Assembly: GCA_035526025.1 (NCBI GenBank)
Contig: DATLDE010000004.1
Location: 13,011 to 77,010 of the forward strand
Source of the DNA: Candidatus Limnocylindrales bacterium
GTDB lineage: Bacteria; Patescibacteriota; Microgenomatia; Levybacterales; UBA12049
DNA: 64,000 nt
Reading direction: 5' to 3'
In this document: in pieces, positions 37,833-48,983 of the stretch
Numbering within the stretch: position 1 is the stretch's first letter
Layout of the letters: every line of letters begins with the position of its first letter
The notes under the pieces: model-generated
What the model was told of the DNA's origin: nothing
Database searches by the model: none
The model's input: only the letters and a program-made list of their open reading frames with translations
Position numbers and translations under genes: made by a program

Positions 37833-39677
37833 ATGGCTGAACAACAAGTATTAGATCGTGATCCAACAAAGGCAAAGGAGCCAACAGCACAACCTGAACG
37901 CTCAAAGGATCGACCACAAAGTCCTGGGGCAAAAAATATTTTAGACCAAATCAGACGTGGCCGAAAAAGCGGTGAAGATCCTCATGATATTTTGATATCA
38001 ACTGCTGAAGGCGACAGGCCTAAACATCACAAACCAGCACGAGAAAAACCTTGGCATCCGCGTACTGCTACTAAAACCCCTGAGCCAAGACAACTCAATA
38101 CTGCAAGTGTTGAGCTAACAGCAAGGGAATGGAAATCTTTATCTTTTGATTTTGATACATATCTCCAAAAAAATTCACCTATAGCTAATGTTCTTGATTC
38201 CAAAACAGAAATAGCTGAAGGCCCAAATGAGCACTTGCTTGCAAAACAACAAGAGGCGATGGCAACCTGCCGTACGCTTATTGAAGCTTATATTGAGCAA
38301 GATCCAATAGGTGATTCAGGTACTTCAAAAGCAAAGCTCGCCGGGTTGGTGGAAAAGTTTGGGGCAAGCTATAAATTTACTGATCAACAAAAACACATAA
38401 CAAAAGATTTGGTGAATAAGTATTATGAGCACCGTCAAGATGCAGTGGATTTTCGGGCGAAATATAAAGATGATCGGGAACTTGTTCGTAAACTAACAGG
38501 ATTGAAAATCCCAGACAACGCAAAATTTGATATACATGTTGGCCCATGGGGGCTTGAGATTACCGCAGATAATGACTCTGTTCAAAATATTTTATACCGG
38601 GGAGAAACTCCACCTACAGATTTTTGTGCAGGCGGACTCGCAGACGTCAGCAATTTCCCTCCGTTTATAATCCTCAATAAAAATTTCTCTGATAAAAAAA
38701 CTCTTGCTCATGAAAGACAGCATGTCCGCTATGAGTTGGGCAAAAGAGTTCTTGAGCGCAATGGACAACCAAGAAATAGCAATCGAAATCCCGATTCAAA
38801 TAACCCTACAAGCGAAAATGATCGACTTGAAAGAGATCTCAGACAAGAAAGAAAAATTGCTTTCGATAGCTTAAAAGATGAAATCTTTGCATACTCCTTT
38901 AACGCAGATAAATTCCCTGTTGATTTGTTTGTCGGCAAAGATGGAAATCCATATGATTATTTGAAAAATCAAAGAGAATATGGTGCAAATCATCGTGATC
39001 CGCGCTACAGAGAAGCCTCCCAAAAAGTATTTGTTGATGAATATGATGCAATGGTTTCTTCAGCTGCAGCTGATTTTGCAACACTTATGGACACTGGCTA
39101 CTCCAAACAAACTGCAATTGCATTATTGGTTGACAAAACCCTAGAGGAATGGTCAACAACTACAGACCGACTATTAGAAATGAATGGTAAAAGTACGGAT
39201 ACCAGGCATAGAAAAGAAGAAATCACAGTTGGATCAGAAGGACCAATTATCTCATCGAATTCTCAAATAGTAGATGGTAGGTCTGTGAGAATAATTGACG
39301 TGGTCATAACAGAAGATGATAAAAAACCCAATTGGTACAAAGAAAGATCAATTACATCAGCAGATGGAAAACCTGCAAAGGACAAAAATACTACGACTGA
39401 AACTGATGATACGGATACTTCCCAAAGCGTTATTTTAACTACAATAAATAAAACCCTTTATGAAAAAACCCGTGATATAGCTAGCCGATTTATAACTGAC
39501 AAAGGTGGACTTGAACAATATTTCGCAATCCTTGATCAGGAAACACTAACAATCAGCAAAGCCTCCACTGATTCCCGACCTGACGAACAAAAACTTGAGG
39601 AAGCAAAAAATCGAGTTCTTTCACAACTGGAATCACATAGCAACAAACCACAGGAAACAACAGGGGATAATTCCTAA
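37833..39677 (+). CDS. Large hypothetical protein with HExxH motif
   Basis: Low-complexity N-terminus; LAHERQH...KDEIFAY...YDYL. Confidence 0.7.
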   Translation: MAEQQVLDRDPTKAKEPTAQPERSKDRPQSPGAKNILDQIRRGRKSGEDPHDILISTAEGDRPKHHKPAREKPWHPRTATKTPEPRQLNTASVELTAREWKSLSFDFDTYLQKNSPIANVLDSKTEIAEGPNEHLLAKQQEAMATCRTLIEAYIEQDPIGDSGTSKAKLAGLVEKFGASYKFTDQQKHITKDLVNKYYEHRQDAVDFRAKYKDDRELVRKLTGLKIPDNAKFDIHVGPWGLEITADNDSVQNILYRGETPPTDFCAGGLADVSNFPPFIILNKNFSDKKTLAHERQHVRYELGKRVLERNGQPRNSNRNPDSNNPTSENDRLERDLRQERKIAFDSLKDEIFAYSFNADKFPVDLFVGKDGNPYDYLKNQREYGANHRDPRYREASQKVFVDEYDAMVSSAAADFATLMDTGYSKQTAIALLVDKTLEEWSTTTDRLLEMNGKSTDTRHRKEEITVGSEGPIISSNSQIVDGRSVRIIDVVITEDDKKPNWYKERSITSADGKPAKDKNTTTETDDTDTSQSVILTTINKTLYEKTRDIASRFITDKGGLEQYFAILDQETLTISKASTDSRPDEQKLEEAKNRVLSQLESHSNKPQETTGDNS

Positions 39678-39688
39678 ACTTACAAAAA

Positions 39689-40513
39689 TTATTTATTTTT
39701 AGTTTTTACTGGTTTTGATGAGGAAATAAAGTTAAATAATACCACCAGCAAAGTTAGGCTTGTGTGCATCAAGGGAAAGCCGGGAAGATTTAAAACCTCT
39801 TTTAAAAAATCTACAAAAAATCCAAGTGTTAAAGCGTACATTCCAACTTTGTATGATTCTCCATATTTTAAAGGTTTTTTTATTATCTTTAATAACAACC
39901 AAATTAATAGTGCAATAAACAGTAGGGATACTAGCATAAAAATATTAGACAGAAATACAAAGAACACAATTCCTGCTATCGCGAGGGGTGCAATCAACAT
40001 GAGCCATGGAGAAATTCTTGCAACAATTGAGTCGACGAATGTTTTATTAAGAGTAAAATCTTCAGCTTCTGACAAATCAATAGTTCTTAGCTGTCCCTGC
40101 TCATCCCCCTTAACAAAAATAGAATCTTTTGTTACCCATGCAACTGTTTTGTATTGATTAAACTGCGTTGTAGAAAAAGGTGTTTTTGTGTCTATCACAA
40201 TCAAGTTGCTCTTAGTTTTATCCTCAGGAATCGGTACAAAATATGGCTCTGTTGCATTGGTTGAGACCTTGCCATCCTTAATATTAATTGTAAGATCTGA
40301 GGGATAAATATTTACTGCATTTTTTGTGAACTTTTCAATTTCTTTCTGTCCAACTGTTATAAAATTCCAAACAGGAGCTATGGATCTCAAGACAGTAAAT
40401 AACAATGTTAATAGCAGGAAGTACTTAAGAGCAGTGCCGAAAGACTGCTTTGGAATTTTTTTGTAAAATTCCGGAGAATAAACACTATTCTGAACCTTCT
40501 TAAAGAAATCCAT
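39689..40513 (-). CDS. DUF1189-like membrane protein
   Basis: SVYSPEFY, N-terminal TM, soluble loop, three C-terminal TMs. Confidence 0.7.
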   Translation of the reverse strand: MDFFKKVQNSVYSPEFYKKIPKQSFGTALKYFLLLTLLFTVLRSIAPVWNFITVGQKEIEKFTKNAVNIYPSDLTINIKDGKVSTNATEPYFVPIPEDKTKSNLIVIDTKTPFSTTQFNQYKTVAWVTKDSIFVKGDEQGQLRTIDLSEAEDFTLNKTFVDSIVARISPWLMLIAPLAIAGIVFFVFLSNIFMLVSLLFIALLIWLLLKIIKKPLKYGESYKVGMYALTLGFFVDFLKEVLNLPGFPLMHTSLTLLVVLFNFISSSKPVKTKNK

Positions 40514-40620
40514 ATTAATAAATACAGATTAAGCGTATGCTTTTTGAGGAAAGTTGTCAATAAATGAAATTAAACGCCGTAATTTGACTTAATAGAGAAC
40601 TAATTGTAATCTTGTAACTG

Positions 40621-42159
40621 ATGAGCAGTTATATTCCTACAGATGACACGGATGAATCAGGAGTAGACAACGTAGCTCCTGCCGAGAATGGCCCAGGACA
40701 AGATGCAGCTAGTTTCTCAGCTGATGCTCAGAGAGCAAGATTCAGAGATTCTGTAAGCGGGTCTTCTGACTCCTCAACCAATAGTCCAAATTTACCTGGT
40801 GGACCATACAATCCGAGGCCAATGACTATTGAGGGTAAAACCTATGACCCATTTAACCCACCAAAACTATACCGAAATTCTGACGGGACTACAGAGTTTC
40901 GAGGTGGTAAGGTGGTAATTGAATCTCAAGGTACTCAATCTAAAAAGGATGGAGAGGCAAATAATGAAAAGATGGAATATAAAGAGATTGATGAACGTAT
41001 AAAAATTGCTGGTGCTTATCTTGCGAGACTCGATAAATATGCGGAGTCAGTCAAGGTAGATCCAGACACAGGAGCAATTGAATATACTAAACCTGAGCTA
41101 GATGAAATTACAGATCCCCAAGCTCTTGAGTACCAGCAAACATTTACACAACTTCTTGGTAGATTCAAAGAACCAAACACTAAGGCGTTGCAGATATTGC
41201 AAAATTCACAAGGGGTTCTTGATGTTAAAAATATAATGGGAGCTTTAGTTGTTACATATGATTCATCAAAAGCAACCCCAGATATACCCCAATTATTTCC
41301 ATCAGATACTTTTCCAAATGCTGAGGATTCAAAACGGGGACTTCATGAAGCTGCAACAGCTGAATATCTGGGACTTGCTATTGTTGATATTAACCAAGCC
41401 AAGCGTTCAGATGGTACATCTCCAACTGTATCTGCAATACATGAAATTCAGCACCACACCAGATCAATGTCTGATTATCTTATTACTCAAGACCCACAAC
41501 TTGATATGCAATCAGCCTTTGTATCAGGCAGAAATGTTGCTCTTTTTGGCGGAGGTAAAGATAGAATCACAACTGGTCAGTCTTATGTACATGATGCGAA
41601 AACCTATTCAGCGCTACTTAGTAGAGAATTTACTTATGCAGATGACTATCCAAATATTACTCGTCAGCAACAATATCTTGACGAGCTGCACTCATCTTAC
41701 TTACAAAAAAAACCAAACTGGTTTCATGCAGATGGCAATGTTTATGCAGGTAACAATCATGGTAAGCACTCGGAACTTGTTGGAAGTAACTCAACTGACA
41801 TAGATGCCACCAAGCAGATGCTTGGTTATCTTCAAGGATTTTATTCTGTTGATTTAATTCACAAAGCTTGGCAGGGAAAACTTACATCAAATCCTGATAG
41901 CCTTGGCCCTTCGCAGAAACAGCTTTTGGCAGAATTTCCTGATATCTATAGAGACGCTGGTGCTTTAATAGGTGCTGCTAGAACCGTACAGCAAGCGGAG
42001 AGACTCGTTGCGGGCAAGTGGGAGGAATTAAAAAGCAGATATCCTAGACTTCTGACGGAACAAGTATTTACTAACTTACTTAATAACTGGGAAAGTGGAC
42101 AAAATGGTCAGAAGGGTGCAGGAGTGGACAATTTAAGAAAAATACTTCTAGGGAATTAG
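40621..42159 (+). CDS. Large hypothetical protein with HExxH motif
   Basis: Acidic/Pro-rich N-terminus; AIHEIQHH...YLDELHS. Confidence 0.7.
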   Translation: MSSYIPTDDTDESGVDNVAPAENGPGQDAASFSADAQRARFRDSVSGSSDSSTNSPNLPGGPYNPRPMTIEGKTYDPFNPPKLYRNSDGTTEFRGGKVVIESQGTQSKKDGEANNEKMEYKEIDERIKIAGAYLARLDKYAESVKVDPDTGAIEYTKPELDEITDPQALEYQQTFTQLLGRFKEPNTKALQILQNSQGVLDVKNIMGALVVTYDSSKATPDIPQLFPSDTFPNAEDSKRGLHEAATAEYLGLAIVDINQAKRSDGTSPTVSAIHEIQHHTRSMSDYLITQDPQLDMQSAFVSGRNVALFGGGKDRITTGQSYVHDAKTYSALLSREFTYADDYPNITRQQQYLDELHSSYLQKKPNWFHADGNVYAGNNHGKHSELVGSNSTDIDATKQMLGYLQGFYSVDLIHKAWQGKLTSNPDSLGPSQKQLLAEFPDIYRDAGALIGAARTVQQAERLVAGKWEELKSRYPRLLTEQVFTNLLNNWESGQNGQKGAGVDNLRKILLGN

Positions 42160-43238
42160 ACTAAATAGTCCCGTAATTTATTTCCTCTACTTGGGTGGCG
42201 GAGTTTTCGAAGAGCCTTTGCCTCAATTTGACGGATTCTCTCACGCGTTACTTGAAACATCCTTCCAACTTCTTCAAGAGTCTTTGGTCTTCCATCATCC
42301 AGCCCAAACCTTTCCTTCAATACGCGTCTTTCGCGATCTGATAAAGTTCCGAGAACCTGATCAACTTGCTCTTTCAAAAGCTCTCTACTCGCTGAGTCAA
42401 ATAGAGTAGGCGCTGAACTATCGCTGATAAAGTCGCCTAGACGTGAATCTTCCTCATCTCCAACTGGTGCTTCAAGAGATGCCGGGTTTTGTGAGATCTT
42501 GATGATTTCAAGGGCTTTATCAGGCTCAATTCCAAGAACCTTTGCCACTTCCTCTGGAGTTGGCTCACGGCCCAATTCCTGCATAAGTTTTCTTTGGGAG
42601 CGCAAAAACCTGTTGATATTCTCAACCATATGTACTGGGATTCGGATAGTTCTGGCTTGATCTGCTATCGCACGTGTCACTGATTGGCGGATCCACCATG
42701 TTGCATAAGTTGAAAATTTAAATCCCCGTCTCCAATCATATTTCTCAACTGCACGGATCAACCCTTGATTTCCTTCCTGGATAAGATCAAGAAGAGTCAG
42801 ACCACGACCAATGTATTTCTTGGCAATTGAAACAACCAATCTTAAATTGGAATTGATAAGTTTTTTCTTTGCAGCAACTTCACTCTTTTCAACTCTTTTT
42901 GCAAGATCGATTTCCTGCTCAAAAGTCAGAAGAGGAATACGCCCAATTTCCTTAAGATACATCCGAACAGGATCAGAAACTGACCCTTCAGTAAGAACTG
43001 TTAATGCTTCGAGCTCTTTTGCCAAATCCTCAATTGGTTTCTGAGCGTCCTGATGCTGTGCAACTGACTCAAAAACGTCAATATTTGAGCGCATTAGCTT
43101 GTCATAAAGAGCATCCAAATCTTCTATGTGATTTTCAGGTTGGGCATAAATTGCCAGAATCTCGTCTTGTGTTATGTATCCACGTTTTTTGGCACTGGCT
43201 ACTACTTCTGTGAGAATAGGGGCTAGCTTATAAGACAT
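42156..43238 (-). CDS. rpoD: RNA polymerase primary sigma factor
   Basis: [42 protein letters not shown]. Confidence 0.98.
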   Translation of the reverse strand: MSYKLAPILTEVVASAKKRGYITQDEILAIYAQPENHIEDLDALYDKLMRSNIDVFESVAQHQDAQKPIEDLAKELEALTVLTEGSVSDPVRMYLKEIGRIPLLTFEQEIDLAKRVEKSEVAAKKKLINSNLRLVVSIAKKYIGRGLTLLDLIQEGNQGLIRAVEKYDWRRGFKFSTYATWWIRQSVTRAIADQARTIRIPVHMVENINRFLRSQRKLMQELGREPTPEEVAKVLGIEPDKALEIIKISQNPASLEAPVGDEEDSRLGDFISDSSAPTLFDSASRELLKEQVDQVLGTLSDRERRVLKERFGLDDGRPKTLEEVGRMFQVTRERIRQIEAKALRKLRHPSRGNKLRDYLV

Positions 43239-43267
43239 AGGCTATATTTTAGCACATTTTAGTAAAA

Positions 43268-45031
43268 TCAGGAAGCCTGGAGATGCGATGCTAAATCAGA
43301 ATACTTTTTTTGTAATTCTTCCACTTCTCCACCTGTCTTTTCAGCTTCTTTAATCTCCAGAACAAGTTTTTTCATTTTCTCCTGAATGTATACTATTTTT
43401 AACTTTTGGGATATTTTTTCCACTTCATTTAGTAGTTTTTCCTCGTCATCAAAAGGCGGAAGAGGGAATAATACGCTTGTATCAAATGTGGGAAGGAGTT
43501 CTTTGGGAAGCCCATCTGCAAATTTTTTCCCGTCAAAATGTTCCGTACTCTCAAAATGAAATAATAAGTGATCCATTATTTTGTGGTATGCACGATCTCG
43601 TGAAATGGTATCTGAAAGAGTTTCAATTACTTTCTTTAGAGCATTCTTGGGTTTTTCTGATTGAGTGATTAGTGCCAATAGATATTCTTCAAGAACCTCT
43701 TCTTTCGACCTCTTTGCTTTGACAGCTGTTGCTGGTACAATCTCTTCCTGTCTATTGCTCAGTCGCTCTATTTCTTTTGAGATACTTTCATAAGAGGTAT
43801 CGAGTGAATCAGCAATTTTTCTCAAATAGTGTTCTTTAATAATCTCATTTGATATTTGAGCGATAAATGGCAGAAGAACGTCGCCTACTTTTTTCTTTCC
43901 CTCAGCTGAGCTGATATCTACAGACTCCAATGTATGCTTGAGCAAGTAATCATACACAGAAATATCTTCTTTTACAGCTTTTTTAAAAGCAGCGGGATTA
44001 TCACTTATTGCCTCATCAGGATCTTTTTGACCTGGTATTTCTATAACTGTTGGAGACAGGCCTTTCTTCTCGACAACCACTAGGCTTCTTTTAATTGCCT
44101 CTTGCCCTGCTTTATCAGCATCAAAGCAAAATGTAATTTTTTTAGTAAATCTTCCCAGAAGATTTACCTGCGAATCAGTTAATGCAGTTCCTTTAACTGC
44201 AACTACATTACTTACTCCATTTTGAAAACATGAAAGTACATCAAATTCTCCTTCTACGATTATCGCCTGCGCCTCACGCCGTATCGCGTCTTTAGTGATA
44301 TTCAAGCCATACACATGGTCTCCTTTATGATAGATCAAGGTCTCACGAGTGTTTACATATTTAGAGGACATATCAGAACTATCCAAAATTCTTCCTGAAA
44401 ATCCAACGACATTATCACGATGATCAATGAGGGGGAACATAAGTCTTCCACGCAAAAAGTCCATAACGTCCCGTCCTCTTTGAAAGGCAAGGCCTGCATC
44501 AATTACTTCTTCTTTATCAAATCTTTTTTTATCAATTAGGTATTTGCTGAGTGCATTACCCATAGGGGGTGAAAACCCAAGCGAAAAAGTTTCGATTATC
44601 TTAATGGATATCCCTCTGTTAGATAAGTAATTACGTGCTTTTTCCCCAGCTTTGTGCTTGGTCAACACGTAGTGATAATACTCTTTTGAGAGGCTGTTTA
44701 ATTGATAAAGACGCTCTTTTTTTGACTGATCACCGCTTCCAAAATCACGATTGAGTAGTTCAATGCCCGCTCTCTTTGCCAAGGTGCGAAGTGCTTCAGA
44801 AAATTCGAGCTTTTCATACTCAATAAGAAATTGATATACATCCCCACCCTTATTGCATCCACCAAAGCAATGCCAGATCTGTCTCTCAGGAGAGATTACA
44901 AATGATGGAGTTTTCTCGCTGTGAAAGGGGCAAAGGGCTTTAAAATTTCGCCCTGCTTTTTTGAGTGTTAAGTATTCTGATAGTAGATCGACAATATCGA
45001 CTTTTTCCCTGATTTGAGCGACCTGGTCCAT
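43268..45031 (-). CDS. dnaG: DNA primase
   Basis: CPFHSEKTPSF...WHCFGGC; SKYVNT; VEGEFD; FDADKAG. Confidence 0.97.
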   Translation of the reverse strand: MDQVAQIREKVDIVDLLSEYLTLKKAGRNFKALCPFHSEKTPSFVISPERQIWHCFGGCNKGGDVYQFLIEYEKLEFSEALRTLAKRAGIELLNRDFGSGDQSKKERLYQLNSLSKEYYHYVLTKHKAGEKARNYLSNRGISIKIIETFSLGFSPPMGNALSKYLIDKKRFDKEEVIDAGLAFQRGRDVMDFLRGRLMFPLIDHRDNVVGFSGRILDSSDMSSKYVNTRETLIYHKGDHVYGLNITKDAIRREAQAIIVEGEFDVLSCFQNGVSNVVAVKGTALTDSQVNLLGRFTKKITFCFDADKAGQEAIKRSLVVVEKKGLSPTVIEIPGQKDPDEAISDNPAAFKKAVKEDISVYDYLLKHTLESVDISSAEGKKKVGDVLLPFIAQISNEIIKEHYLRKIADSLDTSYESISKEIERLSNRQEEIVPATAVKAKRSKEEVLEEYLLALITQSEKPKNALKKVIETLSDTISRDRAYHKIMDHLLFHFESTEHFDGKKFADGLPKELLPTFDTSVLFPLPPFDDEEKLLNEVEKISQKLKIVYIQEKMKKLVLEIKEAEKTGGEVEELQKKYSDLASHLQAS

Positions 45032-45096
45032 TTGGGCTAATTGTAGCATAGGAAATGTTGCAATTCCTAGTAAATAGGGTATAATCGCAAGTTATC

Positions 45097-45606
45097 ATGC
45101 ATGAATTGACCAGAGGAAGAAATTTTGAACCGAGTAGCCGAAAAATTATTTTGCCAGAAGATGTTGGCCAGATTCGAAAAGGCTTAAAAGGAAAAAAAAT
45201 TATTGTTGCAAGTGGAGTATTTGATTTTCTTCATCCCGGCCACGTTTCTCATCTTGAGGAAGCGAAAGCACAAGGAGATTTATTGTTTGTTGGCATTGCC
45301 TCAAATGAAATTGTGAGAGCAAAAAAAGGTGAGGATAGACCTATTCAGGATCAAGAAGCCAGAGCAAAAGTCATGGCAGCTCAAGGCTGCGTTGATTACG
45401 TAGTTCCAATGTCAATTGCGCCCGATGCATCATTCCTCGAACTTATTACTCCACATGTCTGGGCAAGAGGACTAGATCACAACTGGGAAGATATTGATCC
45501 TAAAACCAAGTTAGTCATAGTGACCAATAATATATCAGTAATTAGCACTGGTGGGGACTCATATCGAAGCACTGAAATAATTGAGAAAATAAAGGAGGGT
45601 AGATAA
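45097..45606 (+). CDS. Cytidylyl/adenylyltransferase (RfaE-C/TagD-like)
   Basis: GVFDFLHPGH; KGEDRPI; STEIIEKI. Confidence 0.88.
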   Translation: MHELTRGRNFEPSSRKIILPEDVGQIRKGLKGKKIIVASGVFDFLHPGHVSHLEEAKAQGDLLFVGIASNEIVRAKKGEDRPIQDQEARAKVMAAQGCVDYVVPMSIAPDASFLELITPHVWARGLDHNWEDIDPKTKLVIVTNNISVISTGGDSYRSTEIIEKIKEGR

Positions 45607-45640
45607 ACAAAAAAGCCTGCTTTTGACAGACTTTTTTGTT
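45606..45640. terminator. Bidirectional intrinsic terminator
   Basis: AACAAAAAAGCCTG-N7-CAGACTTTTTTGTT; pairs better on the minus strand (G.U instead of C.A). Confidence 0.75.
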
Positions 45641-45770
45641 GATTTATATAGATTTCTTGTTTTTACACTTTCGATCTATACTCCTCTGATTCTACCCTTT
45701 GTCCCGCAAAATTAAGCTTCTAGAACACTTAACCTTTTGGCAAGTTAAACTGATGCGCATCAGCCAACAC
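45606..45770 (-). ncRNA. Candidate structured small RNA
   Basis: TTGACA(45804)-18 nt-TACGCT promoter, several hairpins, terminator; no ORF longer than 22 aa seen. Confidence 0.35.
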
Positions 45771-45868
45771 TTATAGCGTAATATTTTCAATAGGGGTTTG
45801 TCAATAGCCCCACTAAATTTGCTTAACGCTTGAATATCATATATTTATTCGTGCTACAATTATTTTAC

Positions 45869-46594
45869 ATGGGAAATTTGCTGTTCAATAAAATACGTCT
45901 AAGCTGGTATTTTGATATTTTCCTTATCATATTTTTGGTTTTAGCATTTAATCTTCCAAAAATCACATTTCAGGGAGGAGCCCTCACTCTTTTTTCTGTA
46001 AATTCATTCTTATACGGGTTTTATTTGGCTCCCATTCTTACCGCTCAAAAGACACGTATAGAGGATCTCCATAGGGCTGTACGGAGTGAGGCAAGCGCAA
46101 TATTTGGAATGATGCTTCACCTTAAAAAACTTCCTGAAAAATTGCGAAACGAACTTCAATCTGATATGGAACTCTACATTAAAAAGATTCTAACCGAGAG
46201 AAAAGCTGGTCAAGGTGAAAAAGAATATGAAAAGTTGATAAGTTATTGCTTAAAGTATAAAGGCCCGCATCAGATAGCGATTGATCAGCTACTTGATAGG
46301 CTGATAGCAAATGAACAAAATAGAACTCAATTTTCTATGCTTCTGAGTAGCAAAGTTTTTTCTCATGAATGGATGGTAATTATGGTACTATTCTTTATCA
46401 CAATTGGATTTGTGCTGGTTATTAAGGGTGGTGAACATTTTGCATTTAATTTTGTAACGGCATTATTGTGCACTGGGCTCAGTATGCTACTAATTATTCT
46501 GGCTAAATTAAGCAACCTAACACATAAAAGAGCAAAACAGATTTGGGAACCATACGAAAAACTACTGAAGACTCACTTCTATAGAATAGACTAA
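45869..46594 (+). CDS. Membrane protein with 2+2 TM layout (DUF4239/bestrophin-like)
   Basis: Two N-terminal and two C-terminal helices around a helical soluble region. Confidence 0.6.
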   Translation: MGNLLFNKIRLSWYFDIFLIIFLVLAFNLPKITFQGGALTLFSVNSFLYGFYLAPILTAQKTRIEDLHRAVRSEASAIFGMMLHLKKLPEKLRNELQSDMELYIKKILTERKAGQGEKEYEKLISYCLKYKGPHQIAIDQLLDRLIANEQNRTQFSMLLSSKVFSHEWMVIMVLFFITIGFVLVIKGGEHFAFNFVTALLCTGLSMLLIILAKLSNLTHKRAKQIWEPYEKLLKTHFYRID

Positions 46595-46595
46595 T

Positions 46596-47984
46596 TTACT
46601 CAACAATACTGCAGGCGATTTTAATTCCTTCTGAATATGTAGGATACGCATGAATCATTTCAGCTAATTCACTGGCTTTAACTCTGCACTGTATGGCGAG
46701 TGCGATTTCATGAATCATCTCGCCCGCACGGGATGCAACAATTGATCCGCCAATTATTACACCGTTTTCATCAGTTATAACTTTTACAAACCCATCCATA
46801 TCATTTGCAGTATTGGATCTACCCAATATGCCCATCGCCATAATCCCTTTTTTAATTTTTATTCCTTTTGCAATTGCATCATCTTCAGAAATTCCAACAG
46901 ATGCAACTTCTGGGAAAACAAAAACACATCTTGGAACTACAGAATATTTTGGACTTATTTTTTTAGTTGAAAATGCGTTATGCGCTGCTATATAACTTTG
47001 ATAATTTCCTGTATGGGTAAAGAGATATGGTCCGACAACGTCACCTGCTGCGAAAATATGTGGATTACTTGTCTGAAGAAATTCATTTACTTTAACTCTG
47101 CCTTTTTCAGTTATGACTCCAGCCTTTTCAGGAGCAAAGTTAAGCGATGGTACTTTTCCTGTTGCAATCAATATTTCTTCAAACTCTCCAAAATATTGCT
47201 TGTCATCTTTTTGGAAGTGAACAACTTTTTTACCGTCGTGTTTCTCTACTTTGACAACACCTGTACCGGTAAGAACAGTTATTCCCCGGTTTTCAAAAAG
47301 AGCTTTGACCAGCTCACTCACTTCCTTATCTTCCTTACCCAATATCCGGTCAGATCTATTCACAATAGTTACTTTTGTACCAAATGTTGAAAAGATCTGG
47401 GCAAATTCACATCCCACTGCACCGGCCCCAAAGATCAGAAGAGATGCTGGTGGCTTAGTCAGATCCACTGCTTCTTTATAAGTTATATACCCAACTTCTG
47501 ATAATCCGGTGATCGGTGGTATAAAAACATCAGATCCTGATCCTACGACAAATTTAGCTGCTGAGTATATCTTCCCTCCTGCTTCGACTTCGTTTGAGGA
47601 GACAAATACTGCTTTATGCTGGATTACTTCTATCCCGTCTTTTGCAAAAGCCTCGTGTCCCTCGTGCGCGCCTGTTCTTGTGACCACAAGATCCTTCCAC
47701 CTTTTAACTGCGTGATAATTAACACCCGTGTGAGATACTTCTATTCCATATTGTTTGGCATGTTTTGTAGTCTCATAAACATGAGCTGCGTGAAGCAGGG
47801 CTTTTGTTGGAACACAGGCAAAGTTGGGACATTCACCACCTATTGCGCCTTTTTCAAAAATAATTACTTTTTTACCAAGCGACTTTGCATGATGCGCTGC
47901 TACAGCACCTCCAGCACCTGATCCGATTACAATGAGATCATAATCATAGTTGTGTGCAGAATCTTTTTTCTTAAAGGGCAGCAT
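46596..47984 (-). CDS. Class I pyridine nucleotide-disulfide oxidoreductase (Lpd/MerA-like)
   Basis: GSGAGG, GGECPNFACVP, GAGAVGCE, AAGD, HAYPTYSE. Confidence 0.9.
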   Translation of the reverse strand: MLPFKKKDSAHNYDYDLIVIGSGAGGAVAAHHAKSLGKKVIIFEKGAIGGECPNFACVPTKALLHAAHVYETTKHAKQYGIEVSHTGVNYHAVKRWKDLVVTRTGAHEGHEAFAKDGIEVIQHKAVFVSSNEVEAGGKIYSAAKFVVGSGSDVFIPPITGLSEVGYITYKEAVDLTKPPASLLIFGAGAVGCEFAQIFSTFGTKVTIVNRSDRILGKEDKEVSELVKALFENRGITVLTGTGVVKVEKHDGKKVVHFQKDDKQYFGEFEEILIATGKVPSLNFAPEKAGVITEKGRVKVNEFLQTSNPHIFAAGDVVGPYLFTHTGNYQSYIAAHNAFSTKKISPKYSVVPRCVFVFPEVASVGISEDDAIAKGIKIKKGIMAMGILGRSNTANDMDGFVKVITDENGVIIGGSIVASRAGEMIHEIALAIQCRVKASELAEMIHAYPTYSEGIKIACSIVE

Positions 47985-48005
47985 AGGATAAGTATAGCAA
48001 AAAAC

Positions 48006-48275
48006 TCAGGAGATATCCCGATGCGTATCGTAAATATATGCAGCGTCAGAGTTATACTTCTTAAGACTCTCTGTAACCAACTTATGAATTTTGTGGGATT
48101 CCATCTGCTTTTCCTTCTTTAAACCTTTCTCCACTTCATCACTAACCATGTGAGCAATCAATTCTGCTTCTTCATCCTTCATGCGGAGCACCAAGCACGC
48201 AGCAAAAACACTTGCATAGATTTTGCGTGCGTCAAATGGCTCTTTATGTCCTTTTCTTTTTACAATATGATCCAT
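48006..48275 (-). CDS. Stand-alone ATP-cone domain protein
   Basis: IVKRKGHKEPFDARKIYASV. Confidence 0.8.
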   Translation of the reverse strand: MDHIVKRKGHKEPFDARKIYASVFAACLVLRMKDEEAELIAHMVSDEVEKGLKKEKQMESHKIHKLVTESLKKYNSDAAYIYDTHRDIS

Positions 48276-48277
48276 AT

Positions 48278-48982
48278 TTATCCAAAATTAATTGTACCGT
48301 TAGCTATAAGAATCAACAACCATCCTAATGCAATAAGCATATACCCAATCGCAAATCTCATGTAGCCTTTGTTGTTCTGTTTCCATTTCTTAATTTTATC
48401 AACTTTCATTCCTCCTGCAACAAGTAACAATATAACCACCAGCGGCATTACAAAAATAATATTATATATAATCAAAAGCATAAATGCCGTGAAATTAAAG
48501 TTAAGAGAAAGTAGAGTAATTATCGCAAGATATGGAGCTCCGGTGCAGGGGAGCTCAACAGCTGCGATAAATGCACCTAAAATAATTACACCGGTAGTTG
48601 ATACATTTTGTGAATATTTATGAATCTTTTCAGCAAAGTAAGGTGGGATTTGCAGAGAAAATCCCTTCCCGTACCAGAAGAAGTCTTTGACCTCCAAAAG
48701 TCCGGCAAGAATTACGAAAAATCCGACTATTAAGGCCAAATACTCAGCTACAAAAAGCGGCACACTTTGGAGGAAATAAACCAATCCCAAACCTGCCAAA
48801 AGATATGTAATAAATATCGCACCAATATATAAACCACCAAGATATAAAAGCTTGCCTACGGATCCTTTTCCTCCGAGTACAACTGAGACCATTAGAATCA
48901 GAACCCCAATGGCACAAGGATTAATTGAATCAACTGCTGCTGATATTAAAACCACGGAAAGTGTTGGTATATCAATATTCAT
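48278..48982 (-). CDS. CcdA/DsbD-like transmembrane redox protein
   Basis: DSINPCA and ELPCTGAPY Cys pair; 6 TM. Confidence 0.85.
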   Translation of the reverse strand: MNIDIPTLSVVLISAAVDSINPCAIGVLILMVSVVLGGKGSVGKLLYLGGLYIGAIFITYLLAGLGLVYFLQSVPLFVAEYLALIVGFFVILAGLLEVKDFFWYGKGFSLQIPPYFAEKIHKYSQNVSTTGVIILGAFIAAVELPCTGAPYLAIITLLSLNFNFTAFMLLIIYNIIFVMPLVVILLLVAGGMKVDKIKKWKQNNKGYMRFAIGYMLIALGWLLILIANGTINFG

Positions 48983-48983
48983 A

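Noticed and set aside
46596-47984. Mercuric reductase merA
   Set aside because: No C-terminal Cys-Cys pair, no NmerA domain and no mer genes nearby
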